Shown: one piece after another, positions 48,301 through 58,100 of the stretch
Numbering within the stretch: the first letter of the stretch is position 1
Layout of the letters: each line of letters begins with the position of its first letter
Made by a program: the position numbers and the translations under genes
Notes under the pieces: generated by a model
Database searches by the model: none
Seen by the model: the letters and a program-made list of their open reading frames with translations, nothing else
What the model was told of the DNA's origin: nothing
Assembly (NCBI GenBank): GCA_963674745.2
Contig: CAXXDV010000001.1
Coordinates: 1,344,001-1,408,000, forward strand
DNA from: Desulfosudaceae bacterium
GTDB taxonomy: Bacteria > Desulfobacterota > Desulfobacteria > Desulfobacterales > Desulfosudaceae
Direction of reading: 5' to 3'
Length of the DNA stretch: 64,000 nt

Positions 48301-51120
48301 GTTGTTCCTTCAGAGCTTGATGATAATACCCGTTATTTCTGGCGGGCTTTGGCGGAAGACCCGGATGGCGAAGTCAGCGAATGGATGGAAGACGCGCAAT
48401 TTTTTGTCAGGGCGTATGGGAGCGGTTCAGATGATCTGACGGTCAACGTAACAACAAGTAACGAGACGCCGGTTGTTGACGTACCTGTTTATGCTTTTAC
48501 GGCTTCAGGATCATATACGGGGCTTAAATCCCAGACCGATGATGATGGCGACGCCCTGTTTGTACCGGATGATTTTGCATCAGGCGATTATCAATTCCGG
48601 GTGGATTATATGGGAAGTCAATTCTGGACGGAAACGATATCCATGCCCGAAACCACGCTGGTAGAAAAAAGCATAGAAGTTGAAACTGTGGAAGTAACGG
48701 TTTCAACCGCTACCGGTGTTGTTGAAGGCGCACCCGTCTATCTGTTTACTGCTGATAAAAGCTATCTTGATCTCGACGAAGTTACCGATGTGGACGGTAT
48801 GGCCGACTTCATACTGCCCGTGGAAGAAGACTTTGTTTTCCGGGCGGATATCTTGTCCAGCCAATACTGGAGTGATGTGACGACCGTGTCCGTCGGAGCA
48901 ACCAATGAGGTGGCGGTGGAGGCCGGCGGCGGTGAATGGACGCTCTACGTCCTGAAAGACGCCTTTTGGCCCATGGAAGAAATAAACACCTATTTGTTTA
49001 AGGATAACGGTGCCTATCTGAATAAAAACGAAACCACCGACGTGTCAGGAGCGGTTTTGTATAATGTTCCGGAGGGCGTCTATAAAGTCAGGGCGGATTA
49101 TCTGGGATACCAGTTCTGGACCGAGGATACGACCGTAGATGATGATATAACCCTTGACCTGGATATTGCCCACCAGGATGTTGTTATCGATGTTGTCGGC
49201 ATGTATCAGGGCACGGCCGACCCCCTGGAAGACCTCAGTGTCTATCTCTTCACGGAGGCAGGCGCATATATGAATCTCAACCAGAACACCGATGTCGACG
49301 GCCAGGCCCTTTTTAATCTGCCTGAGCAGGCCTATAAAGTCCGGGCCGATTTCCTCAACAGGCAGTATTGGTCCGAAATCTTTACATGGGAAGACCGGAC
49401 AATCGAGATCCCCATGGCGGAAGTCGAGATCACAGTCGTTGATGGCGTACCCATAACTGATGTGCCGGTTTATGTATTCAACGAGGCCGGTGCTTATCTG
49501 AACATCACCGGAACCACCGATACCGACGGTACAGTATCGTTTCGTATTCCCGCCGGCTTATATAAATTCCGGGCGGACTATCAGACCCATCAATTCTGGA
49601 GCGGCACAGCTCAATTAACAGCGGATCAGGAGAATCCTGTAACCATTTATACCGGGGGAGGACTCTTTTCCCTGACGGTCACAAAAGACGGCACCCTGCC
49701 TGTCTTCGGCGAGAACTGTTATGTCTTTAACGAGATTGGGACATATATTGGATTGACGGGTGTGACCGACAGTTGCGGCCAGGTCGGTTTTGATCTGTCT
49801 GACGGCATCTACAACTTCCGGTTAGATTATTTGGGCTATCAGTTCTGGTCAGGGTTCTTGACCGTACCGGAAGCCTTGAGCGAGGCCATGATTATTCCCC
49901 ATCAGGATACGATTGTCACCGTCAACAGCGTCTACCAGGATACGATTGAGCCATTAGTCGAAATTAAAACGTATCTCTTCACCGATTTGGATATTTATAT
50001 GAACCAAAGTCCGGTCACCGATGTCAACGGCCAGGTGGCCTTTGATCTGCCTGAGCAGCCATATAAAGTCCGGGCCGATTACCTGGGCCGGCAATACTGG
50101 TCTGAAGCGTTTACATGGCAGGAAAAAACCATCGAAATTCCCACGGCCGAAGCCGAAATTACGGTAGCCGGAAACGGACAAACGCTGGAAGGAATACCGG
50201 TTTATGTCTTTAATGAGGACGAAGATTATTTAAATATCACTGATATTACCGACATGGATGGTCAGGTCTCCTTCCGGCTTCCGGCCGGTGATTACAAGTT
50301 CCGTGCTGATCATCAGGGCAGCAACTACTGGAGTGAGATTGTCGGTTTGACGGCTGATCAGGTCAATACGATTGACATCTCGACCGGCGGTGGCACTTTT
50401 AACCTGACCGTTTTAAAAAGTGCCACCGAGTCCCTGGTCGGTGCCGGGTGCTATCTTTTCGGCAGCAGCGGTAATTACTTGAACCTGTCGGCTGTCACCA
50501 GCAGTGAGGGCCAGGTGTCCTTTGACGTGGCCGACGGTGATTATAAGGTCCGGGTGGACTATCTCGGCTATCAGTTTTGGACGGAAACCTTTACCGTGCC
50601 CGATACACTTTCAAAAGTATTGACCCTACCCCATCAGAACGTAACCATAACAGTTACCAGGGAATATCAGGCTCAAACCCCGCTGGAAGGAGTTCCCGTT
50701 TACCTATTCAAACCTTCCGGTACTTACATGAACCAAAGGCTGAGCACGGACGTCAATGGCCAGGCGGTTTTTTATCTGCCCGACCAGGCCTACAAGGTCA
50801 GGGCGAATTATCTGGGCAACCAGTTCTGGTCGGCCGACTTTCAAGCCACTGATACCGCCGTCACCATTGACCATAACCTGGTGAAAGTGCATGTTCACCG
50901 ATCGGGCACTGATGTGGTCGGGGCGGTAGTTTACCTTTTCACAGGCAGCGGATCATACCTGAGCACAAACCAGGCCACCGACAGCACAGGCATGGTGGAT
51001 TTTCTGCTGCCGGAGAGGGATTTTAAATTTCGGGCCGATCAAGGCAGCGACAAGGTTTACAGCACGGTCATCAGTGTACAGACGGGGCCGGAGCAGGTAG
51101 TGGAGATCGATCTGGATTAA
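45307..51120 (+). CDS. Giant secreted acidic protein (~1937 aa): Ig-like, Ca-binding Asp repeats, 4 FN3-like and 11 beta-sandwich modules
   Basis: Sec signal; SATDPEG..L...NLPEGA.F (putative Ig); DTDGDGMDDDWE; 4 x DPDGD.L.Y.FE...YYWR; 11 x VY.F...G.Y....TD..G...F.LP...YKVRADY. Track start is 45295; 45307 has the better RBS. Confidence 0.9.
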   Translation: MGTISRLKNGLFVLFAAVFCFATMQATLSIAEDSEEPVCAKVKIEIRQELTLERQAFDAHMRINNGLSDIDLINLKVDIIFTDEEGNSVVATTSTIPDDTTSGACFFIRKDSDNITLLADDTWKLDNVTPSTSSDFHWLIIPVPGSAGDDPEGKLYFVGARLTYQMGANGEEHIVEVRPDSISVKPLPELTLDSFLKYWVYGDDPLTEDVVEPLIPFTLGTRVKNTGNSTAYNLKIESAQPKIVDNEKDLLVTFTIIGSEVNGVVTENSLMVDLGNIAPGEAAIGRWLMTSSLVGEFTEFDATVSHAEALGGQVTSIMNSDGIKTWSLIKDVLVDLPGRDQIRDFLALTFDNPQVLKVCESEDVNGVWDSDVVDLTGDASVSFNDTSSGDDTTYKLQFSSSSPFVYVRVADPFEEEKIIKEVIRSDGKHIKSDNAWLCKERNDDKEWEYFFNLFDFDFNSTEDYTVVFDTSIANDPPNFVDLDEQIGTEDELLEFTVSATDPEGETLTLSVSNLPEGADFIDNGDGTGIFSWTPAIGQAGDYAPVFRASDGHTTVVMIVPVEIRSINDTDGDGMDDDWEKEYFNDSLERDGTGDFDSDGILDLDEYLNGTDPTREDYGPSPPLIVSPAEGQDVTVLSPVLTIDNSTDPDGDTLTYDFEVFSDLQLTDRVAAAHGMAEGVDTTAWSVTGDLDDNTLYYWRVRSCDYAASSIWTYGTFFVNTANEAPGVFNISRPADGSYVDTLTPVLEVTNSSDVDQNVLTYKFEVYVHSDLTGLVASVTDKSAGTSGTTAWTVDTNLTDETTYYWKSVAVDPDGLETSTTGSFTVSTANQAPSAPAIDAPAVGERVIVHQLDIVVTNAVDPEGNTLVYDFQLDTVNTFDSSNLVTAADIPEGTASTAWYVTDLFSNTTYFWRARAFDGAAYSPWVTGNFLVNPINQAPQTPTLNNPGHTAWVQSLTPELAVNPAIDPDGDDLNYYFELYSDSEFEDLVFEGSSAQPSFVVPSELDDNTRYFWRALAEDPDGEVSEWMEDAQFFVRAYGSGSDDLTVNVTTSNETPVVDVPVYAFTASGSYTGLKSQTDDDGDALFVPDDFASGDYQFRVDYMGSQFWTETISMPETTLVEKSIEVETVEVTVSTATGVVEGAPVYLFTADKSYLDLDEVTDVDGMADFILPVEEDFVFRADILSSQYWSDVTTVSVGATNEVAVEAGGGEWTLYVLKDAFWPMEEINTYLFKDNGAYLNKNETTDVSGAVLYNVPEGVYKVRADYLGYQFWTEDTTVDDDITLDLDIAHQDVVIDVVGMYQGTADPLEDLSVYLFTEAGAYMNLNQNTDVDGQALFNLPEQAYKVRADFLNRQYWSEIFTWEDRTIEIPMAEVEITVVDGVPITDVPVYVFNEAGAYLNITGTTDTDGTVSFRIPAGLYKFRADYQTHQFWSGTAQLTADQENPVTIYTGGGLFSLTVTKDGTLPVFGENCYVFNEIGTYIGLTGVTDSCGQVGFDLSDGIYNFRLDYLGYQFWSGFLTVPEALSEAMIIPHQDTIVTVNSVYQDTIEPLVEIKTYLFTDLDIYMNQSPVTDVNGQVAFDLPEQPYKVRADYLGRQYWSEAFTWQEKTIEIPTAEAEITVAGNGQTLEGIPVYVFNEDEDYLNITDITDMDGQVSFRLPAGDYKFRADHQGSNYWSEIVGLTADQVNTIDISTGGGTFNLTVLKSATESLVGAGCYLFGSSGNYLNLSAVTSSEGQVSFDVADGDYKVRVDYLGYQFWTETFTVPDTLSKVLTLPHQNVTITVTREYQAQTPLEGVPVYLFKPSGTYMNQRLSTDVNGQAVFYLPDQAYKVRANYLGNQFWSADFQATDTAVTIDHNLVKVHVHRSGTDVVGAVVYLFTGSGSYLSTNQATDSTGMVDFLLPERDFKFRADQGSDKVYSTVISVQTGPEQVVEIDLD

Positions 51121-51175
51121 ACGGTTATGATCGACATGCTTTTCGTAAAAGGAATGGCGTTCCGGGAGTAGCGTT

Positions 51176-52009
51176 ATGAGATTTCTTATATTGATAATTC
51201 AAATGATGTTGAGTCTGGTTCCGGCAGCAGCTGCCCTGGCAACTGATACACCGCCGGCTGGTTCTTCCGCAGCAGCCCCTCTGGTGACTCACGACTATAC
51301 CTTGTCCCTTACGGCCAATTCAATTCGTCACAAGATCGAAAAGGAAGCACCAGTCGTGATCGTGGATGTCAGAAACCGGTCGGACTATGAGAAGATTCAC
51401 ATCACGTCCGCCATTAATCTCCCGCTTTATGCGGTCAAGACCAAGCCGTTTTTTAAACGAAGTACGCTGGTGCTGACCAACAACGGGTTTAATTACGGCC
51501 TTCTGGAAAAGGAAGCCGGACGTCTCAAAGAACTGGGCTTTGATGTTTCAATCCTGCGAGGAGGAATCAATGCCTGGCTGGAAGCGGATTTTCCGCTGAC
51601 CGGTGATGTCTTTTCCCAAAAGGATGTCTGGCTGGTTGAGCCCAAAGATGCCTGCCTGGAGCAGCGATACAATTCCTATCTGGCGGTCAACGCGGAACCT
51701 GAAAAAAAATCAGGCTCAATGTTTTCAAACGTGATGGACCTGGAACCAACCGATCCAGCCGTTATTGGAAAACTGAAAAAATATAATCAGAACCACCCGG
51801 CCAATAATGTGCTGGTGTTTAACGAGACCGGCGAAAGCTATGCCCCCATCAGAGAACAGCTGCTTGAAGCCGGTGTCAGGCATGTGTTTTGTCTCAAGGG
51901 CGGGCTGGAAGGTTACGCGACATATCTTCATAACCTTGAGTTGTCCAGGGCGCCCCGGGAAAAACGGATCGTATCCACTGAAAAATGCAAAAGATGCAGA
52001 GATTTATAA
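51176..52009 (+). CDS. Secreted tandem rhodanese-like domain protein
   Basis: Signal peptide; IVDVR...YEKIHITSAINLP, ILRGGINAW, CLKGGLEGY. Confidence 0.8.
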   Translation: MRFLILIIQMMLSLVPAAAALATDTPPAGSSAAAPLVTHDYTLSLTANSIRHKIEKEAPVVIVDVRNRSDYEKIHITSAINLPLYAVKTKPFFKRSTLVLTNNGFNYGLLEKEAGRLKELGFDVSILRGGINAWLEADFPLTGDVFSQKDVWLVEPKDACLEQRYNSYLAVNAEPEKKSGSMFSNVMDLEPTDPAVIGKLKKYNQNHPANNVLVFNETGESYAPIREQLLEAGVRHVFCLKGGLEGYATYLHNLELSRAPREKRIVSTEKCKRCRDL

Positions 52010-52111
52010 ACGGCTTGTGCCGGCCGCGGAACTACTGGCCGGACTATTAATAATAACACGCAAATATTATTACGACACATTAAACATTATAAAAGAATGA
52101 GGTCATCCCCC

Positions 52112-55100
52112 ATGACGGCTTTGACTATCGACAAGAGATCGAAAATACGACAAAGACAAATACGCTATCGCCAGCTCATGATTCACATGATGATGGTAGT
52201 AATGATGCTGCCGGTGTTACTGGCCGGAACGCCTGACCTCTCTCTTGCCGCCACAACTGTCAGTGAACATATTCGGGCCAGCAAAACCTGGGACCTTTCC
52301 GGTAGCCCTTATATAGTCACTAATGAGGTATTTGTTTGTGACAACGCGAAATTAACCATTGTTGCCGGTGTTGTTGTTAAGTTTAACGCGGGTGCGAGCC
52401 TGAAGATTGGGTATAGCAGTACTTCCTGGGGCGCGCTTTCAGCCGTCGGTGAACAGGATAACCATATTGTATTTACTTCCAACGTCAGTCCGCAGAACCC
52501 CGGAGACTGGAAAGGGATATACTTCACCAGCGCCACAAGCAGTACTACCCAGCTTAATTACTGCACTATCGAATACGGCGGGCATACCAACAATGCCAAT
52601 CTCTATCTGGCTAATTCTGCTGCATTCTCCATAAGTGAAGTCATCGTCCAGAAGAGCAGTGGGCATGGAATATATATTAGTTATTCAAACCCTGTAATAT
52701 CTAACTGCCGGATAATTGATAACCAGTCTGATGGTATATATTGCGATAATGGTGAAGGCAGTACTGTCTATACTACGACAATAGCCGATAATTTGTTCGT
52801 GAACAATGGCGGCGCTGCTATCAATACCCGCGGATATATTAATTCAATAACCGGCAGCCAGGGATACGATAATGGCGTCAACGGAATATCGGTAAGAAGC
52901 GGTTATATTAGGGGAGACTGTACCTGGAGTGCTCAGGACCTGCCTTTTGTTGTCCAGGGGGATGTATCTATTATTAATAATAAAAAGCTAACAATTACCC
53001 CGGGAGCGATAATCAAATTTAACGCGGGAGCGGGCCTGAGGATTGGGTATAGCAGTACTTCCTGGGGCGCGCTTTCAGCCGTCGGTGAACAGGATAACCA
53101 TATTGTATTTACTTCCAACGTCAGTCCGCAGAACCCCGGAGACTGGAAAGGGATATACTTCACCAGCTCTACAAGCAGTACTACCCAGCTTAATTACTGC
53201 ACTATCGAATACGGCGGGCATACCAACAATGCCAATCTCTATCTGGGTTCTTCTCCGGCTGCATTCTCCATAGGCGATACAACCGAGGGTGAAGTCATCG
53301 TCCAGAAGAGCAGTGGGTATGGAATATATATTGGTGCTTCAAACCCCATAATATCTAACTGCCGGATAATTGATAACCAGTCTGATGGTATATATTGCGA
53401 TAATGGTGAAGGCAGTACTGTCTATACTACGACAATAGCCGATAATTTGTTCGTGAACAATGGCGGCGCTGCTATCAATACCCGCGGATATATTAATTCA
53501 ATAACCGGCAGCCAGGGATACGATAATGGCGTCAACGGAATATCGGTAAGAAGCGGTTATATTAGGGGAGACTGTACCTGGAGTGCTCAGGACCTGCCTT
53601 TTGTTGTCCAGGGGGATGTATCTATTATTAATAATAAAAAGCTAACAATTACCCCGGGAGCAATAATCAAATTTAACGCGGGTGCGGGCCTGAAGATTGG
53701 GTATAGCAGTACTTCCTGGGGCGCGCTTTCAGCCGTTGGTGAACAGGATAAACATATTGTATTTACTTCCAACGTCAGTCCGCAGAACCCCGGAGACTGG
53801 AAAGGGATATACTTCACCAGCTCTACAAGCAGTACTACCCAGCTTAATTACTGCACTATCGAATACGGCGGGCACACAAATAACGCCAACCTGTATCTGA
53901 GTAATGTCGCTTCCACCGTTCCTACCATTCAAAACAGCGACATTCGTGCCAGCAGTGATTCCGGGATTTATATAGCGACTTCAAGTCCCGTTATTTCCTG
54001 CAACAATATTATGGAAAATGTGGAAGGTATCCACTATGAATATGGTTCGGCTACTCCGACAATCGAAAATAATAATATCCTTGAAAACACAGGAATGGAA
54101 TTTTACGCAGGCACTGCCGTCACGATAGGCAGCAATTGGTGGGGACCGTCAGGTGATCCGGGTATTGTAGAGATAAGCGATAATGTGACCTATGGCGTTT
54201 TGGCTGAAATCGCATGCAACACCGGTGTGGTGGTGGATAATCCGCCCTATCCGCCGGCTAAGCCCAGTCCGGCCGACGGCGCCGGGGTGGCGATTTATGA
54301 GAACGGGGAATTGATTGATTTCACCACACTGTCATGGTCCTGTACCGACTATAACCCGGCAGATACGCCCGACCTGAATTTTGACGTGTATTTCGGCACG
54401 AACCCGGACGCGTTGCCTGAAGTATCTTCCGAACAGACAGACAATGCCTACACTGTTGCCAATTCCGGTCTTTCACTCAATACCACTTACTACTGGAAAA
54501 TCGTCGCCCGGGACAGCCAGGACAGCCTCGGCCGAATCATCTCCGGGCCGGTATGGTCGTTCACGACCAGTGGATACGCGCCGGCCAGGGTTACGAATCT
54601 GTCAATTGACGGCGTAGGTGACGGCAAGTCCGCCGTGCTCGACTGGGACGGTTACACCGACCCGCTGAATACCGTTATAGACCGGTTTGAGATTTATCAA
54701 TACGGAAGCACTTTTGATAAATTGGACTATGAAGATCCTGTAGCAGACCCGGTAAAAGTCGGCCAGGTCGAAGGCGATGTATTCACCTACCAGGCCGTCG
54801 ATCTTCAGCGCGGCAACACATACTATTTTGCCGTGGTGCCGGTTGATGAATTTAATAATTATTATACTGACGGCCTGACATCAGTTACGGGTACCCTTAC
54901 GGACGAGCAGGCCCCGGGTGAAGTAACCGATATTACAGTTGTCTCAGGGGCCAATCAACTGACATTCAACTGGACAGCGCCGGGTGATGATGACCTGGCC
55001 GGATATGAAATCTATTTTGATGATGCTGAAGTCCCGGCCACAATTGACGTTAACGACCCCAATAGCACAAGTTATACTGTGGACGATACCATGGATCCGG

Positions 55101-58100
55101 ATATCGTTCCTGCCTCAACCTATACGTTTAAAATTATTATCGTTGACGATGCGTCCAACAAAAGCGAGGGCCTGGAAATCAACGCCGCCACCCTGGTGGC
55201 CAACCCCGCTGCGCCTGATACGGTTGCCAATGACGGGTATGTCTCCTTGTCCTGGGATGAGCCGGATTCTTATGCTCGGGGTATAGCCAGTCCCATCAAG
55301 CGTTACGTCGTCTATAAGTCGGAAACTGACGCCATCACATCGCTCAACCAGATGACCTGGGCCTTGACCACCACGTCCACCTCGGCCAATGTGGCCGGCC
55401 TGACCAACGGCCAGAATTATTATTTTGCCGTGGCCACGGTGAATATCTCCGGCTGCAAGGACGATGCGGTCAATCTTTCCGGCGCGGTTGTGCCCCTGGC
55501 CGACGATATAGACCCCACCATCGGCGAACTTCAGTTTAACGGTACAACTTTTAACGAAGTTAATCCGCTGACCGGCTCCGGCGATTTTGAGCTTACCGCC
55601 ACGGACGCCTCCGGCATCAGCCGGGTGGAGTTTGTCGTGCTGGACGGCAGCAATGATGAGGTGTTCCGTACCACGGATTATTCACCGGTTTATACCTGTA
55701 ATATGGACCTGCTGGCCTTTCATAACCAGTCCTATACCCTGCAGGTCACGGTTTACGATACCATCGGCAATGAAGCATTTTTGGAGTATCCCTTTACCGT
55801 CGCGATGCCTGCGCCCGCCGTCCCTGTTATCAACAGCCCTGTCGACGGGTTCTCCACAAACCAGAGTGCAATAACCGTCAAGGGCACGGCCGAACCCCTG
55901 TCAACCATTACCTTTTACGTCAACGGCACGGAACAGCAGACGACCACCACGACCAACGCCTCGGGCAATTTTTCCGGCAGCGTCGATTTGGTCAAGGGCA
56001 CGTCGGATATTACGACAAACAATATCAATGCCACGGCCACGGCCGCAAATCGGCCTCAAACGAGCGGTCATAGCACCACCATTACCGGTTACCTTGATAC
56101 ATCCATCCCGGATGCGCCCGTGCATCTGACCGCGGAGCCGCTTGAAGGCGGAAAAGTCCACCTCACCTGGGACTGCATGGCATCCGATCTGGCCGGGTAT
56201 AATATTTACCGTCACACTGCATCGTTTGAGACCGCCACTGCGGCAATCAGGGTTAACAGCTCGCCGGTAAAAGTCCTCCAGTTTACAAATGCGCCGGAGG
56301 TGGAAGGCCTTTACTATTATAGTGTTACGTCCGTCAACAGCCTGGGCACGGAAAGCGCGTTGTCCAATCAGGTGGAGGCCCAGAGCGATGCTTCCGGACC
56401 CGAAGTCGATATTACCTATACGCCCCAGGGCCCTGTCAGTCCTGTTGACGGCGCCATCGGCCCCGGACGGGTGGACGTCACCCTGGTCGTCAACGAACCC
56501 CTCTTGACCACCCCGTTCTTCAGCATGGTGCCCGACGGCGGTGTCCTCATCCCGGTCGACCTGACCAAAATATCGGACACGGAATATAGCGGTTATTTTA
56601 CAATAGAAGCAGATACCATTTCAGCGGAAACCTATGCTGTATTTTCCGCCCGGGACAGGGTCGGCAACCGCGGCACCACAGTGCCGGCGGAAGACCAGTC
56701 GATTCTCGTCGATGCCCGCGGCCCGGAAGTGATCCGGCTGGATGTCACACCGGCCGCCCCCATTGATAACAACGGCCCTGTGACGGTTACCGCTGTCTTT
56801 GGTCTGGATGAGCCGATCCCGCAAAGCGATGACCATGATTACCCGGTCTTTGAATGGGAACTGTCCGGAGCCCCGGGGTCCTCATATCCGACAAACACGG
56901 CGGTTGAAATCGATCCCCAGCCGGAAGAAGCCCAGGCCTGGCGGGTATCTTTTACCATCCCGGCAATGGCGGTATCTGCCGACTATGAATACCTGTCTTT
57001 TTCCCTTGAGGGTATCGATTATCTGGGCAACATCGGTGATACCATTAGCGCCGACAATGCCTTTGAAATCTATCAGGGTAACCTGCCTAAACTGGATCCG
57101 CCCACCAGCCTGACCGGCACTTCTCTGCCATATGGAGATATCGAACTTTCCTGGGATGCGGTGGATAATGCCTCCGGATACAAGCTGTACCGTGGAACGA
57201 CAACAGGTGACCTTACTGAAATTTATGAAGCCCCGGCCGGAATCACCACCTATACAGATACGAACCAGCCTGGGGATGGCGACTATTTTTATGCCATTAC
57301 CAGTATAAGAGAGGAAAACAGCCTGAGCAGCGAAAGTGTGCAGCGTGTTCTGACCCAAAGCGTCAGTTCCGATTCCGCGCTTCCGCTCGCGCCCGCAAAT
57401 CTGTCCCTGGAACTGGTGCCCAACGGCATTCAGGCCACCTGGGAATATTCCGCTGCCGATCAGGTTACCTATTCTCTTTACCGGTCCCTGAATTCCATAT
57501 CCTCTGTTGACGGCCTGGAGCCGATTATCCAGGGCATCTCAATGGCCAACATTTCGGTCATCGACCCCAACCCCTCCGAGACCGACCACTACTATGTGGT
57601 GGTTGCCGTGGACGATGCCGGCAATATCTCTCCCTTGTCAAATAACGATGATCTCGACCCCGGCCTGTTGCCGGTCACCTCGCTTAATATCGTGCAGGAA
57701 GACCTGTCCGATCCGGTCATCTCCTGGACGACCACAGGAAGCAGTATTGTGGGATGCAACATCTACATGGGCGAAGCATCCAATGATGATCCACTGAACG
57801 ACACCCTCATCACCACCAATACTTACACTGACACAGGGTATGCAGAAGATCAGCGCACCTACACTGTAACCACTGAGAATAACAGTGGAACAGAAAGCCT
57901 GGATCGTGTTATCACCCTGCCCAAAGTGACCGCTGTCCGGGCTGCTGATGCCCGGATCGACCGCGGCATCATGAACGGACTGACCTATACGGTTACCAAT
58001 CATTCCAGCGACGATATCGATCCCATCCAGCTCCAGGTCGATGTTGTGCTGGAGGATGATTCTGAAAAATCTCATCTGTCGACTCCGTTCGCGCTCGCAG

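Noticed and set aside
52007..52111. Stop read-through fusing the rhodanese and RHS genes (same frame, open spacer)
   Set aside because: The stop is TAA, and the RHS gene has its own RBS and signal peptide.
52379..53897. Repeats as a diversity-generating retroelement TR/VR pair
   Set aside because: They are in-frame tandem coding repeats, differences include indels and non-adenine changes, and no reverse transcriptase is in the window.
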